In this document: positions 39,128-53,511 of the stretch, piece after piece
Numbering within the stretch: position 1 is the stretch's first letter
Layout of the letters: each line of letters opens with the position of its first letter
NCBI GenBank assembly: GCA_026023565.1
Contig: JAPETS010000001.1
Location: 1,116,001-1,180,000, forward strand
Reading direction: 5' to 3'
DNA length: 64,000 bases
Origin: Cirrosporium novae-zelandiae
Taxonomy: Eukaryota
The notes under the pieces: model-generated
What the model saw: only the letters and a program-made list of their open reading frames with translations
Told to the model about the DNA's origin: nothing
Database searches by the model: none
Made by a program: the position numbers and the translations under genes

Positions 39128-41186
39128 TCAACGTTGCAACCGGTCCCAATCTCTCGGTCGCTCTCTTCTCTCTGGACTTCTGCTTCGTCTTCGTCTATAA
39201 TCACCGTACTCGACATCTTGACGACGGCCGTATCTTTCTCTGTCAGGCCTGTCATCTCTCCGTAGTCCATCGTCTCTCGGAGGCCTTGCTCCATTATTTG
39301 CATCCCCATAGTTGGGTATATAACTATCCCTATTATCTCTAGGTCCGCGCTGCCTAGGTCTTCGATCATCGTGATAACTTTCAGCTGAGCCGCGACGGTA
39401 ATTGCGCTGGGGTATTGGATCTGGAGGTCTTGGCGGTAAAGTATGCTCTCCTCGTTGCCAAGCAGGACGGCGGTCAGAAGCCGATTGGCCACCTGGAACT
39501 CGTTGATCATGAATATTTGGAGGACGATTGTCATGGCCGCGAGGAGGATAAGGAAGAGCGTTGCCATTCAGATGACTACCTTGACCTTTATTATAATGAT
39601 GTTGAGACCGAGGAAGTCCACCACGACGGCCTGGTCCTGTCTCGTTGCCTTCGCCATCTGGGCCCATTCCGACGGATCCTCCCGCGGGCGCAGGAGGCAA
39701 AGCGGCCTTTTGACCTCGAAACTTTCGGCGGTCAAGCTCATGAGAATCTTCGAATTTTGGGAGATCACCTGGGTTTGCGGGAAGAGGGGCGGTTTTGAAG
39801 TACGGATGTTGAAGGGCATCAATGGCATTAATACGTTTGCGCCAATCCAATTTCAAAAGCTCGGAAAGTAGAGAAATCATCAGTGAACCTTGTCTAAGCA
39901 GGATATTAGTGTGATGGCCTCAGCAGTGGATTGTGGTAGCATACTCCCTAAATACTTGTGGTAGGTTCCCTGTGCGGAAAGGAAAAGACGTTATTCCGTC
40001 ACATCCCGGCAGAGTATTCCAGCCAGGCATCCTTTCTTCAGTGGGCGAGCCAACAAGTTCAAAAATGAGCTGAATCTGTTGAAGATCGCTATTGCCGGTC
40101 AAGATTGGCTTTCTTTTAAACATTTCCCCAAATACACAGCTATCAATAGAATTAGCCCAAGCGACCAGTCAGGGCAAGGCCTGCTTACCCAACGCCCCAC
40201 ATATCAATGGCTGTTGTGTATCTTCTGAGTTGGAGCAGAAGCTCTGGTGGACGATACCAGCGAGTAACAACAAGGCTGGTATAATCCCTAGTAGCATCAC
40301 CTCCTCCTTTTCCTGGTTCGGGCGGAGGGTCATCATATGGCCTAGCAAGTCCAAAATCGGCAATTTGTAGAATGCCCTTGTTATTGATGAGGAGATTGGC
40401 AGCTATAATGGTAGTAAGCAAGAATTCTGTCGCGAAAATAATTAAATCATACCTTTCATATCACGATGCAAAATCCTATTCTGAAGAAGAATTTAATTGA
40501 TTAGTATTGGTTCTGTATGAACAAAGCCGCTTGCAGCGGTCTAGATATACCTACAGCGTGGAGATATCGGATACCCTCAAGAAGTTGTAGCATGTAGCAC
40601 TTGATTTGGGGCTCGGAGAATTGAACACTAGGATTTTCGAGTAAACCAGACAAGTCGTGTTCCATATAAGGAGTGACCATATACATGGACGACTTCTTTT
40701 GTCGGTCCCCTAATACATCTGTCAGCTCTACAAGCGACAATCATTTCAGAAAAATCATCCAAACCCTTCGGTTTCTCCACGGCCATCTCCTCTAGAGTTA
40801 GGACGTTGACATGGGAGAGCATTTTGAGAAGTTTGATCTCTCTCAGTGCTGTAATAGGGAACTACAGCGCATTAGCAGGATCCTCTTTTCAAGCTGTTGC
40901 CAGTAACTTACTCCATCTTTTTCGTTGTGCATCAGGATTTTCTTTAATGCGAATATTTTCCCATTTTTTTGAGATCGCGCTCTATATACTTCACTGCATA
41001 GGAAAACTAGGTCAGCGCATAGTAATAGTGCTTCGTTTGTTTTATCGCTCACCCGAATGTTCCTTCTCCTAGCTTTCCAAGAACTTCATACACCCTGAAG
41101 TTCGAGCAGCCGTGGAACCTCGGATGACCTTGATCATCTCGTTCAAGCGGAATTTTGGCATGGTCTTGCGCATTTGGTGTTGACAT
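39128..41186 (-). CDS. BUR1: CDK9-family kinase Bur1/Sgv1
   Basis: [55 protein letters not shown]; Arg/Asp-rich tail; multi-exon. Confidence 0.95.
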
Positions 41187-41706
41187 GGTGGATAGCTGCC
41201 GGAGGTGGTTGGGAAATCGATAAGGAACCAGTCCTTAATTATTAGCAGAGCGAAGTGTATGGGACTCTCATCGAAGTAATAATTTTGGCTCGAAAGCTCC
41301 GAAAGTGAGTAGATAGAATGCTCATGAGTTGGAAACGATCGCGACTCTGTGGCAATGACCGTGTTTGAAAGCCATCTAACAGTTCTGTTTGGAAAGACTT
41401 CAAGTCAAGATCGGTCACAACAATAGTTAAGGTCCAGACCCCTGCTCTTGTGCTCAATAGCTTAATTTGCGGCTGACTTTGATTAGCGCGATATTTAAGC
41501 GAGCGTTTATCATCAATTGCGCTAGTCTACATGTGCTACTCCCCGAATCCGAAGAGCTAAACGGCCAAGTTGAACTATCAGGCGAAATAAATCTATTGAC
41601 ACTCTCCTCTCCAACAATTCAAGTTGACTGAGCATCAGTAAGATATACCGAGAATGTAGCTGGGAATTTAAGGCTGATGTTATAGATAGGCCACATATCC
41701 ACAATG

Positions 41707-41785
41707 CCCGGCCCCCCTCCCGGCTTCCCTCCTCCCGGCTTCCCTCCTCACCCCCCTCCCGGCTCCCCTCCCGGCTCCCCTCCCC
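41707..41785. repeat. C-rich minisatellite (about 12-15-bp CCCTCCCGGCT-type units)
   Basis: About 5-6 imperfect tandem copies; the complementary strand is G-run rich. Confidence 0.8.
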
Positions 41786-42147
41786 ACCCCATTCATTTTC
41801 ACCCACCCCGTCCTGTCTATCGAGTCACAGCTACTCTTCTCGGAGCCAGCATGTGGTTCTTTGTACGTATTTAGCAGATCGCATCTCTTTGTCAATACTC
41901 TGACTGGCCGCTAGTTGATGTATAGAGCGAAGAAGGATGGTCCTGCGCTAATGGGATGGAAGCACCCTTGGGATCATTGAAGTCGGATTTCTAGAGCTTG
42001 TATATATTTAGGCCTACTGGAGAAGCAGAAGGGCGTTTGGATGCATTTTGAGTAAACGATGATATAAGCTCATGGAGCTTTTGTTTAAGCAGAGCTCGCT
42101 TACAATATCCAGCCATTAACAAGAACGCAAAGCCTAGTTAGGAATTA

Positions 42148-43332
42148 CTACGCCTTTTCGAAAAGATAGTGTGAAACTCCCCATGTATTGCCACCTTTAT
42201 ATGCAAAGAGCTCAGCACATGCCATATAGAAGATCTGCCACCTATTGAGCCATATTGCTGCATTTTGCTTGCCGTAGGTTTCTCCTAGATGTGGCCAAAT
42301 ATTGGCCTTCGATGCAGTCATTTTGGATAGCCAATCCTATCAGCTTTATTAGCGTCAATTTTCATCTATTATATGAAATTGCGGCATGCATACTTCGCAT
42401 GTTTTTGCGTAATGTTTACCTGAAATCCACCACCGTTCTTCAATCTTTAAGTCTTGCTGGAAATAAAGGAGATCTGCCGAAGACATTGTCCCCCCCGTGA
42501 AGAAATATTTGCTCATGCAACCGTCTTCAAAGTCGTATGGGGTATCTTTGTGGCTAAATATATGGATGAACAGCTTGCCATCGGGTTTCAGTACCCTGGA
42601 GACTTTGGCCGTTAATAGTTCATAGTTTTTCATATGCCCAAAGAGCTCTATAGAAGTTACTCGGTCAAAGCTTTCTGTAGGAAAATCATGATCGACAACG
42701 TCCCCTGTGACGACATTGAGGTTCAAAATACCTTTAGCTTTAGCTTGACGGTCAATGTAGCCTTTTTGCTTCTTAGAGTTTGAGAAGGCAGTGACCTGAG
42801 ACTTTAGGAACATCTCCGCAAAAAACAAAGCACTAGAACCCCAACCGTAGTTATCATAGATGCTAGTGGGCATCACATAAGCTGCTTTGCACGGGTTCTG
42901 AACTACCCTAGATCAAGTATATGCTGGCTATTTATCAATTGAGCTTTATTGATATAAATTGTTAGCATCGCAACCTTAGCATGTGCTAATGTTTCCCTCC
43001 CGGTAAGGTAAAGGCAACACGAATACTTCATTCTTGGTCCCAAACAACTCTGTAATACTCCGGTACCAACTTCATAGTGTTGCTCGTTGGCTGTAGCAGT
43101 CTCAATAGCGATAGGACGCTCCCTTAACGTATTTATATATTTCATTTTCTGCTTATACGCTTCCTCGAGGCTGGCTGATTCGGTTGATGCTATCCTTTGA
43201 GCAAGCTGACGTCGTATGCCAATACGGATGAGTTTTTGTGATAAATAACCTCCATCGAGGATCCAGTCTAGAGAGTGGTTAGTTTCTCGGCTGAAATTCT
43301 TGGTACAAGGGTCAAGATATACCGTATCTCAT
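42148..43332 (-). pseudogene. Decaying SAM-dependent methyltransferase (CFA synthase / coclaurine N-methyltransferase-like)
   Basis: ANEQHYEV, LGPRMKYSCCLY, HMKNYELL, KLFIHIF, FFTGGTM, SGKHYAKTCE, RWQIFYMACAELF. The intron-2 acceptor reads AA instead of AG (42852-42851), and the SAM motif reads DLG-Y-GWG. Confidence 0.72.
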
Positions 43333-43575
43333 TGTAGTGTACTTTTGTTATAACGAAATCTTGCGACGATCAAAACAAATTTAATAGAATATACTGTGGA
43401 ATGGATTATAGACTTGAGATTCTTCCTAGGTTCAGAGGCCACAATGGTTGACGTCACCGTATTTATACATTCCAATATTCTGCACGGGTTTGTTAGGAAC
43501 TCATTAAATTGCTCATTATTTCTAAACTAAAAAACAAAATATACAGCTTTTTCTAGGCCCTCATTTCCATGTACA

Positions 43576-46500
43576 TCAAAGTTTCATCTCTTCTAGACAT
43601 ATCTTATATTCCTTGCGTTTCTTTATATGATTAGGCTGGAGTTTGGTTCTCAAATTTCCTATCATTCGTGCTAATCGGGGTAAGAGCGCTTTCTCAGATA
43701 GCCAGGATATGGTCAAACCACCCAGCGCCAGTATAAGTATAAATATTTTGAAGTCCATTGACATTTTTGTCAATTGCATAAAATCAAAGAGCCATTTTGC
43801 AGGATCAAGGAGCATATAGGAAGCGAAAAGTAAAGCCACCACAATAGTGACTACGAATGGAACTACATATGCATTAGCTTTGAATTTAAGGATTTTCCAT
43901 AGTCTGACAAAGACTTACGGTTTGCTCTCATAGACTGTCGGAAAGGTCTTCCAACGCTCAATACAATACCAGAAAATATATATTGGTAGCATGAGAGAAG
44001 GAAAAGGGTCGTGTTCTCGGAATTTTGAATGTTTGTCTTCTCCAAGTTAAGTTTGGGAGGTTTGAACCTATATTGGCATAAGTAACACATAACCATGATT
44101 GGAAGCATATGGATCTCATACCATGGTTGTTTTTGAACCGTCTCAAAGCCAATAAACTGAATGAAAATACAAATCACAATTTGGCCCAAGAGCGGAACAA
44201 GGACTTTTCGTGACACTAGACTTGCAGTTGGACGCTTATGGGATAATATCGGATAGGCACCGGTCCAGCCCATAAAGATAGCGATAGGGAGAATTAGGAG
44301 CAGGTCTATAAACAGGAATTGGAAATCTCCGAGGTTCGAAGCAGAAGCATATAAGAAGCTCACAGAAGTGAACTGTATAGCAGAATAGAGACTCATGTAC
44401 TTGAAGCAACAGAAACTTGTCACAAGAGCAGCACGCCCTTCCCTGATGACTTCTGGTACACATGAAATGTCAAATACTCGGCTGGTGAAAGGGGCTGCCA
44501 CCGAAGCCTCCGCTTCAGATAAAGATATGCCAACATCAGCAGCCTTCAAGGCACCACAATCATTTGCTCCATCGCCACAGAAGCCACAACAATAGTCGAT
44601 GCTCTGTAGCTTTTCCACAAGTTCGTGCTTTTCATCAGGGGACATTCTCGCAAAAACTTGACCGCAGACAAGCATTCTTTTGAGCATTTCCTCAGACCCA
44701 TAATCAACAATCCATCGGAAAGCTTCGCCTGTCACCGCAAGGCAAAAGTTCCGAAAGTTGATTATATCGTAAGGTGAGGACAGGTCGAGCTCGGGGGGTG
44801 GGGGAAGGGGTAGCAATGTTTGTTCATCGAGTTGATATATGGGATTATCCACACTTTCCCAACTCAAACGTGCTTTTGGTCCACGTGAATCGCCTTCTAT
44901 GAAATGGGGAACAAAACAGTGGCAGTCTTTATCAATTAACTTGCACTCACGAGCAACACTGATTGCAGTCAATATATTGTCGCCAGTGCACATGACGTTC
45001 CGAATGTTTGCAGCACTGAGCTCAGTGATAACGTCTGCTGTGATCGGTTTGAGTTTGTTCTCGAAGATAATGAACCCAATAAAGTCAAGCCCTGCTTCGG
45101 CTTCTGAGCGACTCATCTTTTGGACTTTAATCCAATTCAGTCGTGGGAGATGCTTTGTGGCGCATGCAATAACTCGAAATCCTCGATGGGTATAGAAGTT
45201 TAAGAGGTCAACATAATCAGCAGGAAAACTCTCTGGTCTACATATTTCAGACATGCACTCTGGGGCCCCTTTAACGTAGATATCACATCCCGAAGCCCCA
45301 TATTGTCTGACAACAACACTAGCTCGACGAAGCTGGGAGACGAACTCAAAGCTACGAAGAACTCCAAGTTCAAGGGGGGTCTTATCATCTCCTTCAGCTT
45401 CATTGAAACCGAACTCCGTTCCTGAAGGAGGCCTTGCCACAGAGGGTACAAGTGCATTGCGTTCGTCGTGGCTAGTCCCGCTTTTATGGCCCCCCTCTTC
45501 GAATGACCACTTAGTAAATTCAAACATCTTCAAGTCCAGAGGGTCACCAACAAGTGCGCTATCGATCATGCGAAGGCCATGACAAGTAGCCATGGTATAT
45601 AGGATGGCTTTGCGGAGGTTATAATTCATGGTGGGATCCCGCTCATATACTGTTTTAGGTAAGATGGATGACGGATGTTCTAGCAGGCTGCTGAACCTAT
45701 TTTCAATCTGATCAACAACCCTAACTCCCAGAACATCAAGCCCATCTTCGGTCAGTGTTCCTGTCTTATCAAAACACACTATATCAAGTTTGCCACCAAC
45801 ATTAACTCTTTGCGGGCTAATGCAAAATATTGACTTTTGTTTGAGTCTGGATAGTGCGAAATTTGTCCCAATGCTTAGAGTAGCCGGTAAAGCTGGAGGC
45901 ACGACAATCGTAATTAGGTCAAGTGCTCGAACAACAATTAGATGCCAAGCAAGCCCCAATCGAACAAAGTTGACGAAAGAAGCAGTAAACCCTATTAACG
46001 CTATCCCGGCCATTACGGAGATGTAACGGAAAGAGTCTTGATAAAATTTGAAACCGGAAGGTTTAGGGAACAGCATTGAGCGCACTAATGCACCTTTCGT
46101 TGTATTAAACCCAGTCCGAACCACCATAGCAAGAGCAACTGCTTCATCATCTTCTGTAGCTTGTGGTCGCCGTGCCCGAATTATCTTCGTGCCACAGAAT
46201 AGAAAATGTTTTGCAACTTCTGGATGAACAGCCGAAGCACTCAGATCAAGTAAATCGAGGGTGTCATCTATCGCAGGAGTCTTTGATACTGGAACAGACT
46301 CTCCGGTAAGCATACTTTCATTAATGATGCAGTCACCAGCCAACAGGAGGCTGTCACAGGGCAGTTGAGTCAAAGACGGATCTGAAAGCTCAAATATGTC
46401 ACCAGGGACAAGTTCACTAGAATTAATCGACCGCCCTAAGAGAAATGTTAGATATCTAAATTCAACTACAGAACCCTTGACAAAGCGTACAGAAGCCATT

Positions 46501-48014
46501 TCTCAGAACCCTAACGTCGCATTCGAATCTAGAAATTTCTCGTAACCGTTTCATGGTCTATCCATTAGTATTGCATAGATAGTAAAACATGAGATGGTGA
46601 TAGACTCACAGATCGGGTCTCGAGGAGGGTCGTTGTAATACTGATGACAGAGATGGTAAATATGCATGCTGCATAATAATAATATTCATCAAGTGACCAG
46701 AGTATGAGACTAGCAATTTGGAACACATAAAAGGGGTGGAAGGCCTAAGTAATGATAAGTTAGAGGTGGTAGCTCAAGCTTTTGACTGACGTACCTCGTC
46801 TACAAGCAGTTGGGGTATTGATTTCTGCTGTATTTCAATCAGGTTATTTCCAAAAACTAGTTCTCTCCGTTCCTTCTCTTCTGCATCCAAGCCAGAACGA
46901 ATAGCTCGAACATCCGTCCAATCTGGATCTTTCCATCCATTGATTAACACAAACTTATTCTTCACAGGATGAAAACAGAATCTGATATAGCGATAATCTA
47001 GGTAACGAAGATGTTCCATCAAAGGGTCATTGTCGTAATTGTTGTATGGATTGAATGAACTTTTCTCCTGGGCCCCGAAGACCGTCAAGAGGGAATGTCC
47101 ATATCGCTGTTTGGATATTTGGTGGATGGCGAATTCCCCCCATTCATTCTGATCAATTTTAGCTTTCTGCTTCGATCTCCGGTGGCGGAATGGGAAGCTC
47201 ACCTCAACAACCACCCAAGAGCATTCTCGCAGGGGAGCAGGAGAGCCTATCAACCACACACGCCACCGGGGTAGCCATCGTAGAAGAAGGTAGCCAAGCC
47301 CAAGGGTAGCTACACATATAAACGTGTAAACATAAAAGCCGGTCCGACTTGTGTTGAAGCCTGCGATAGCAATTGTAAGATCCTCGGTCTCTATGTAGAG
47401 CTTCTGGTTTGTTCTTTCGTGTATTGGATGGCCACTGGCATCAGTCTTGGCCGAATCATGTCGTCGTAGGAGTGGGTCTTCTACTGAACTGCGAGAAAAT
47501 GTCGAGGATTTGCGTGCTTGAGGAGAGTGTATCCCAGACTCGAGATCTCCATTTGTCGGTTCAACATATCCGTCCTCTTCTTCCAGTTCGTCATCAACGG
47601 CCTCCTCATCGGGCCATTCGGGAGACTCGTCACTTTCTTGGAAATACGTGAAGCTTGCAGTTGAGTCTGCTCTGGATCGACGGTGGGCAAAGGAAGCGAT
47701 GCTGGATGGCACGCTTTCGGATATTGGACCAGCGAAAATCTAGCCACATGATAAGCTTATATCTACCTCGGACCATCGATGATTTCAATCTGTAGGAGAT
47801 ACCTCATCTTGTGCCATTCCAACATCCGACACATAGCTTGCACTACTCATATATCAGTCTACGGTCCCAAATACTTGGAGGCAAACACCTACTCGCTCAT
47901 GTTCGAGTCCCGACGCCTTATTCTCCTCACATTGCGATTAGGACCGGCGACCGATGATTGCGAGCCACTCCTCCAGCGAGTATTCGCCGGGGAGGGCTCA
48001 TGACCATTCATCAT
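43576..48014 (-). CDS. YPK9: P5B-type ATPase (Ypk9/ATP13A2-like)
   Basis: [48 protein letters not shown]; multi-exon. 5' exons reconstructed by eye, start at 48014 or 48011. Confidence 0.93.
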
Positions 48015-48348
48015 TAATCAAAAGAATGCTGACAGCCCTTATGTAAAAGGCTAATGGTTCTACTGCATGATGTTGTGGCTCATGGTTATATCAACAAGCT
48101 AAGACTTCTCCAAAATATCTTTTCGATAAAGTACTTTGTAAAGGTAATACAATAAAGAGTATGGCCCCTTGGCCCGACCCTCCGACTGACTCGGTGACTG
48201 GTTCTGAAGAGGTCCTAAAGCACGTGGCGATAAGAGCTATTCTTATGTAATCAAGCAAACGCAACAACCTTCTAAGTCGGTGTTTGAGTGAATAAAAAAA
48301 GGCTTGAAAGGCCAACCTTTTTGTTGTACGTTGTTACTTAAGTATCTT

Positions 48349-48354
48349 ACGCGT
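48349..48354. promoter_or_regulatory. MCB-like element in the YPK9/NAP1 divergent promoter
   Basis: ACGCGT inside the palindrome TTACGCGTAA. Confidence 0.35.
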
Positions 48355-48665
48355 AATTTTCTGGCTGGTTCAACTGACCATTTTGTATTCTCCCGGATAA
48401 CAAAATATCACTTTTATCTCTACCTTGATTTCGTAGAGCCATCAAAAGTTGAGGATTACTACTGCCCCTCGTGCTGTTTTTAGTTGTTGAGCGCATAGAC
48501 CATCAAACCTCAACGACAGATTCCGAGCACCAGCGACCTTGGCGCTAGTTCATTCCCCCAAAGATTTTACCACTGTTTGGCCTCTCGCCTTCCCACACGC
48601 AAATCTCTAACCCTCTCAACATCTTTGATCCTCCACTTGTTCAGTCAACCAGACCTACTGTCAAG

Positions 48666-50160
48666 ATGTCTGAACCTATTCGAAACAAAAAGCTCGATCT
48701 TCCAACCGCTCCGTAAGTTTTTCTTCTTTCTGATATTCTCACGATAAACCCCTCTTCCAAATAGTTTTCTCTAATGGCGGTCTCGAGCAGTACTCCTCAA
48801 AATACTCCAGCAAACAATGCCCCAATCTCATCCCATGCGCAGCAGCCGGGTGTATCCAGCATCAAGGAAGGTAAGTGGTTTAGAAATTCCTACTTTTGTT
48901 CATCTGCTTTTGCGTGCGATACTGATTCTGCGACTTCCCCGCACTAGAGGACCTTGATCGTGCCGCAGCTGCTTCCATCTTCGCACAAAACCCCAAGTTG
49001 GTTTCAATGATCCAAGGCAAGCTCGGCTCCCTGGTGGGACGTTCTTCTGGCTACATTGAATCTCTCCCACCTTCTGTTCGTCGTCGTGTAGCTGGGTTGA
49101 AGGGTGTTCAAAAGGAGCATGCCAAGCTTGAGGCTGATTTCCAAGAGGAGGTCCTGCAGCTTGAGAAAAAGTACTTCGGGAAGTTCACTCCTCTATATGA
49201 AAAGCGCGCAAAAATTGTCAATGGCTCTGAGGAGCCAACCGAGAAAGAAGTAGAAGCCGGAAAGCAAGACGAGGATGAGGCTGAGGGCGAAGAAAAGAAC
49301 GAGCAAGCTGCCGAGACAAGCGATGATGCTTCTGCAGAAGCTATTAAAGGCATCCCAGAATTCTGGCTTTCAGCCATGAAGAACCAATATTCTCTTGCTG
49401 ATTTGATCACTGATCGTGATCAAGAAGCACTGAAATCTCTTACAGATATTAGAATGGAATACCTTGATCGACCTGGATTCCGCCTCATCTTCGAGTTTGC
49501 CGAGAATGAATTCTTCACCAACAAGAATATCACAAAAACCTACTTCTACCAAGAAGAGAGTGGCTATGGTGGTGATTTCATCTATGACCATGCCGAAGGT
49601 GACAAGATCGACTGGAAGTCAGGGAAAGACTTAACCGTTCGTGTCGAGTCCAAGAAGCAGCGTAATAAGAGTGAGTTAATTGTCTACAGAATTTGTCCAT
49701 TTACAGAGCTGCTCTAATATTATTTGTAGACACTAAACAGATACGCGTTGTCAAGAAGACTGTCCCAACTGAGTCCTTCTTCAACTTCTTCTCACCACCC
49801 AAGGTCCCTAGTGATGACGAGGACGAGGACGCTGCATCCGACATTGAAGAAAGACTTGAACTCGATTACCAACTTGGAGAAGACATCAAGGAGAAGCTCA
49901 TTCCTCGCGCAATCGACTGGTTTACCGGCGAGGCTCTACAATTTGAAGAGATTGAAGAGGATCTTGATGAGGATGGCTTCGAAGATGAGGATGACGAGGA
50001 TGATGATGACGAGGACAGGGAGGAGGAAGACGAAGAGTCTGATGAAGAGGTAACCAAACCGACCATAGATTAGTGGGTTGTATATTGCATGACTGACTCT
50101 TACATCCAGGATGATAAATCAAAACCAAAGCAGGAAGCTGCCGAATGCAAGCAGAGTTAG
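48666..50160 (+). CDS. NAP1: Nucleosome assembly protein 1
   Basis: [55 protein letters not shown], acidic tail, C-terminal CaaX-like ECKQS-TAG; four introns. Confidence 0.97.
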
Positions 50161-51311
50161 AGTGTTAGAGGCTTTGGGATGAAATGACTGTTCCATGGAC
50201 GGAATGCGTTGCGATTATACTTCCTCTACATTTGCTTTGTTCTCTTCACCGGGTTTCGTTTACATTTTGAGTTGTGTGGTTCAAGGCTCCATGGTACTGA
50301 GATGGCCTCTATATTTTTGCCCACCCAAGGGTGGTCGCCCTTTCTTAATTAGACGGCAGTATCCTGCAAAGCTCTATACTCAGGATGATACATATGACGG
50401 AGTTTTCCCCAAAATTCTTGAGGTGGTTCCGAAGAGGGATTTGGCGTCAATAGTCCTTAGCTAATTTCTCAGTCAAGAGAGACGTGTATGTGATGAAGCA
50501 ACGACCAAAAAGAAAAAAAAACCATGACTGGCGACGATTTCACTCAATCTGAGGCACAGTGGAGACGGATGAACCGGAAGATGGATATAGATATATATAT
50601 GTAATAATTGTAGGGCGATAGCAACTCCAAGCCGCAGTTCCTCTCTGTCATTCTTTCTTATTGATAAAATTTAAAGTTGTATTCTGTTTCCTTTTTTTTT
50701 TTTCTGAAGATAATTGTGGCCGTACAAGTTAGCTAGTAGATTTGTTTGGGTTTAATTTGACTTACGCGGCGGCGGTCGATCATAATTAATTATTTTTCAA
50801 AGCAATGGTGATACAAATTAATGGGGGGGACCTTAGAAATTGGTAGGAGCTGAGTCGTAGGCTTCTATGGCCCATAGTAATTTAGCTCCACCGAAATCCC
50901 GCTTTTTGCTTTTCCAAAAACTAAAAGTACCCCCAGTTGCCCCTGTACTTTAGTACCAGTGTATACATAGTACATAACAATCTTTCACAGGCACTCCGTA
51001 ATCCGTAAGCTGCCGGTTTGAAATAATCCTTGCGGGGATACCATAGTGCAACCTGTTCATTCATAAAAACAAAAGCTCAACTGCAGAACAGGAGTTGGTG
51101 TCAACTTTCGACGACGAAATGCTGCCCTTCATCTGATTTTAGGAGTAAATTCTCTTTTCTTATTTCCCAGCTTTTCCAGGACACCGGCTGCCTTCATCTC
51201 GTCTCAATCTCTAGGCCTTTTCTAAGCTAATTAAACACGCGCGTCCGCCTTTTAAACGGTTCCCAGCAAGGCAGTCCTGAAATCCTCCAGTTGACAACTG
51301 CAATTGCAACC

Positions 51312-52988
51312 ATGAGGAGTATCACGACATCTGCGGCTCTTCTGACGATTGCCTTGGTCGCTAAAGCTGCGGCCCACGACCACAATGATGATGAAATACC
51401 AGAAGGACAAGCTGTCTCCGATGATCCTATTGTAAGCTTCATCTCGTATTGCTATTGCGCGGAGAAAGTTCAACTTGAAACAAAACAAAAAATAACTGAC
51501 TGAGAAATAGGATTCTGTGCTATGGATTCACATCATTCTAGAAGCCATTGCTTTTGGCTTGATATTCCCTACCGGCATGGTCCTGGGTGTATGCATCAAT
51601 CCCCTCCTGTTATTATTTTGTCTAGAAGTATCTATGTATCTAACTCACTCATAGATGGTCAGATCAAGATACCATGTTCCCTTCCAAGCCGTCGGAGCCG
51701 TTCTGGCAGTTCTTGGATATTTCCTTGGCCATGCTCACAAGGGCCGCCATTTCCGCCCCAATATCCATTCCAAATTCGCCAACCTTCTGATGCTTGTGCT
51801 CATCGTCCAGATCGGGATGGGAATTTATCTTAAACTTCATCTGACCAGAGGAATCAATGCACGTATACGGAAACCATTCGTAATTGCCCATGGAATTGTG
51901 GGCAAACTGGTACCTGTGCTTAGTTGGGCGCAGATGCTCTTCGGAGGTATCACAGCATTGGGCTTTTGCCAGGGTGACCATGTTGGACAATGTTTGGCAC
52001 ACTTTATCATGGGTAGCGCTTTCATTGGCTATGGAATTCTTTTAACAATCGTACTGCTTGCTGGACAGTACTGGCTTGCAAGAACTGGACGAAGCCAAGA
52101 GTTCTTTGATTCTCTGGTCATCACGGCTTGGGGGTGTGTTAATACTTTCACTGAGCACCGATGGGGTACAGCTTGGGTCAAGAATGATCTCCAACATACT
52201 ACAATGGGAATTATTTGGTGGTGTGCTGGCCTACTTGGTATGTGGTTGAGCAGGACCAGAGATGGAAGACCCAAAAGAAATTTAATTCCTGCCATTGTTA
52301 TCGGCGTCACTGGTTATGCTATGTCGGCTCATCCCCAGAGCTTGCCTCTGAGCGAACACGTTCATTCGATGTTTGGCTACACCCTCATGGCTGCATCTTT
52401 GTCTAGGATAGTTGAGATTTCTTTTGTTCTGAAGGATCAGGCTACTGTATCCGAGGATGGTTCAAACCCTAATAGTTTCCAGTATTTGACACCATTCGTA
52501 AGATCCCCCTTCCTGCTGTTATGATCCAAACTAATGTTATACAGCTCCTCTGCGCGGGTGGTTTCATTTTCATGGGTGCTACTGAGGAGCAGATGCAACT
52601 TCTCTCAAATGCTCATGTAACCCATGTGTCCTGGCTTCTGATCCTATACAGTCTTGCTTTTCTTCTCTTTCTCTGTAAGTATTATATCCCATATTTTTCC
52701 CTTGATTAAGATGCCGGAGACTAACTACCGGTAGTCGTCAACCTCCTTGTCCATCTCTATGCTGTTCACACCTGGCCTCAATCCTCCCAACAGCTTAAAG
52801 AAGGGGAATCTCAAACCGCCAACGGACATGCGAATGGCCATGCAAACGGCCATGCACGGACACCATCAGAGAGGCAAATTAGAGATGCAGAAGAATTTGA
52901 ACTAGCTGGGCTAATGTCCGATGAGGAGGGGCCAGACTCCCCCCACGATACCCCCAAAAGGAAAACGATTGATGACTCTGAGGTCTAA
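51312..52988 (+). CDS. YTP1: Ytp1-like integral membrane protein
   Basis: Signal peptide, DSVLWIHI, RSRYHVPFQ, LGHAHKGR, CLAHFIMGSAF, NTFTEHRWG, DLQHTTMG, FMGATEEQ; four introns; stop at 52988. Confidence 0.85.
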
Positions 52989-53511
52989 GTCTGTGGTACT
53001 GAAGCAAATCTTATGGCATTTCTGTGTCTTTATACGTTAGCTCTTTTATTGATTAAATATCTCATGATATCTCGCTATTGTGGGTTCTGGAGTTTGGTTG
53101 AATGAGAATGTATAGACGGGGGCAGAGATGGCACCTGCGCCCAACGAGTATTCAAGGGTTGGGGACAAACCAGATAGGCAAAATGGTTTCCCCCTAAGCA
53201 GACTAGGCTCTTGTAGGAACTTGGGACTTAACATGAGTCGTTTCTAAACCTGACGATCGAGTTCGTCTGATTTTCGATATCTATTTGTTTTATTGAAAGC
53301 AACATGTATTTTTCGTATTTATTTTATCTCCCATTTTTCAGTATGCATTTAGGTTTTATTAATGGCATACCTACATAATATACAATGGATCTATAGACCC
53401 TTTGTTTGTTTCTATCCCTGCCAACTTGGCAGCACACATGGCGGTTTGAAATCTCTCTCATTCCGATAATAATATGATAGTAAATTACTCTTAGCAGACC
53501 TTCCGAGATCT

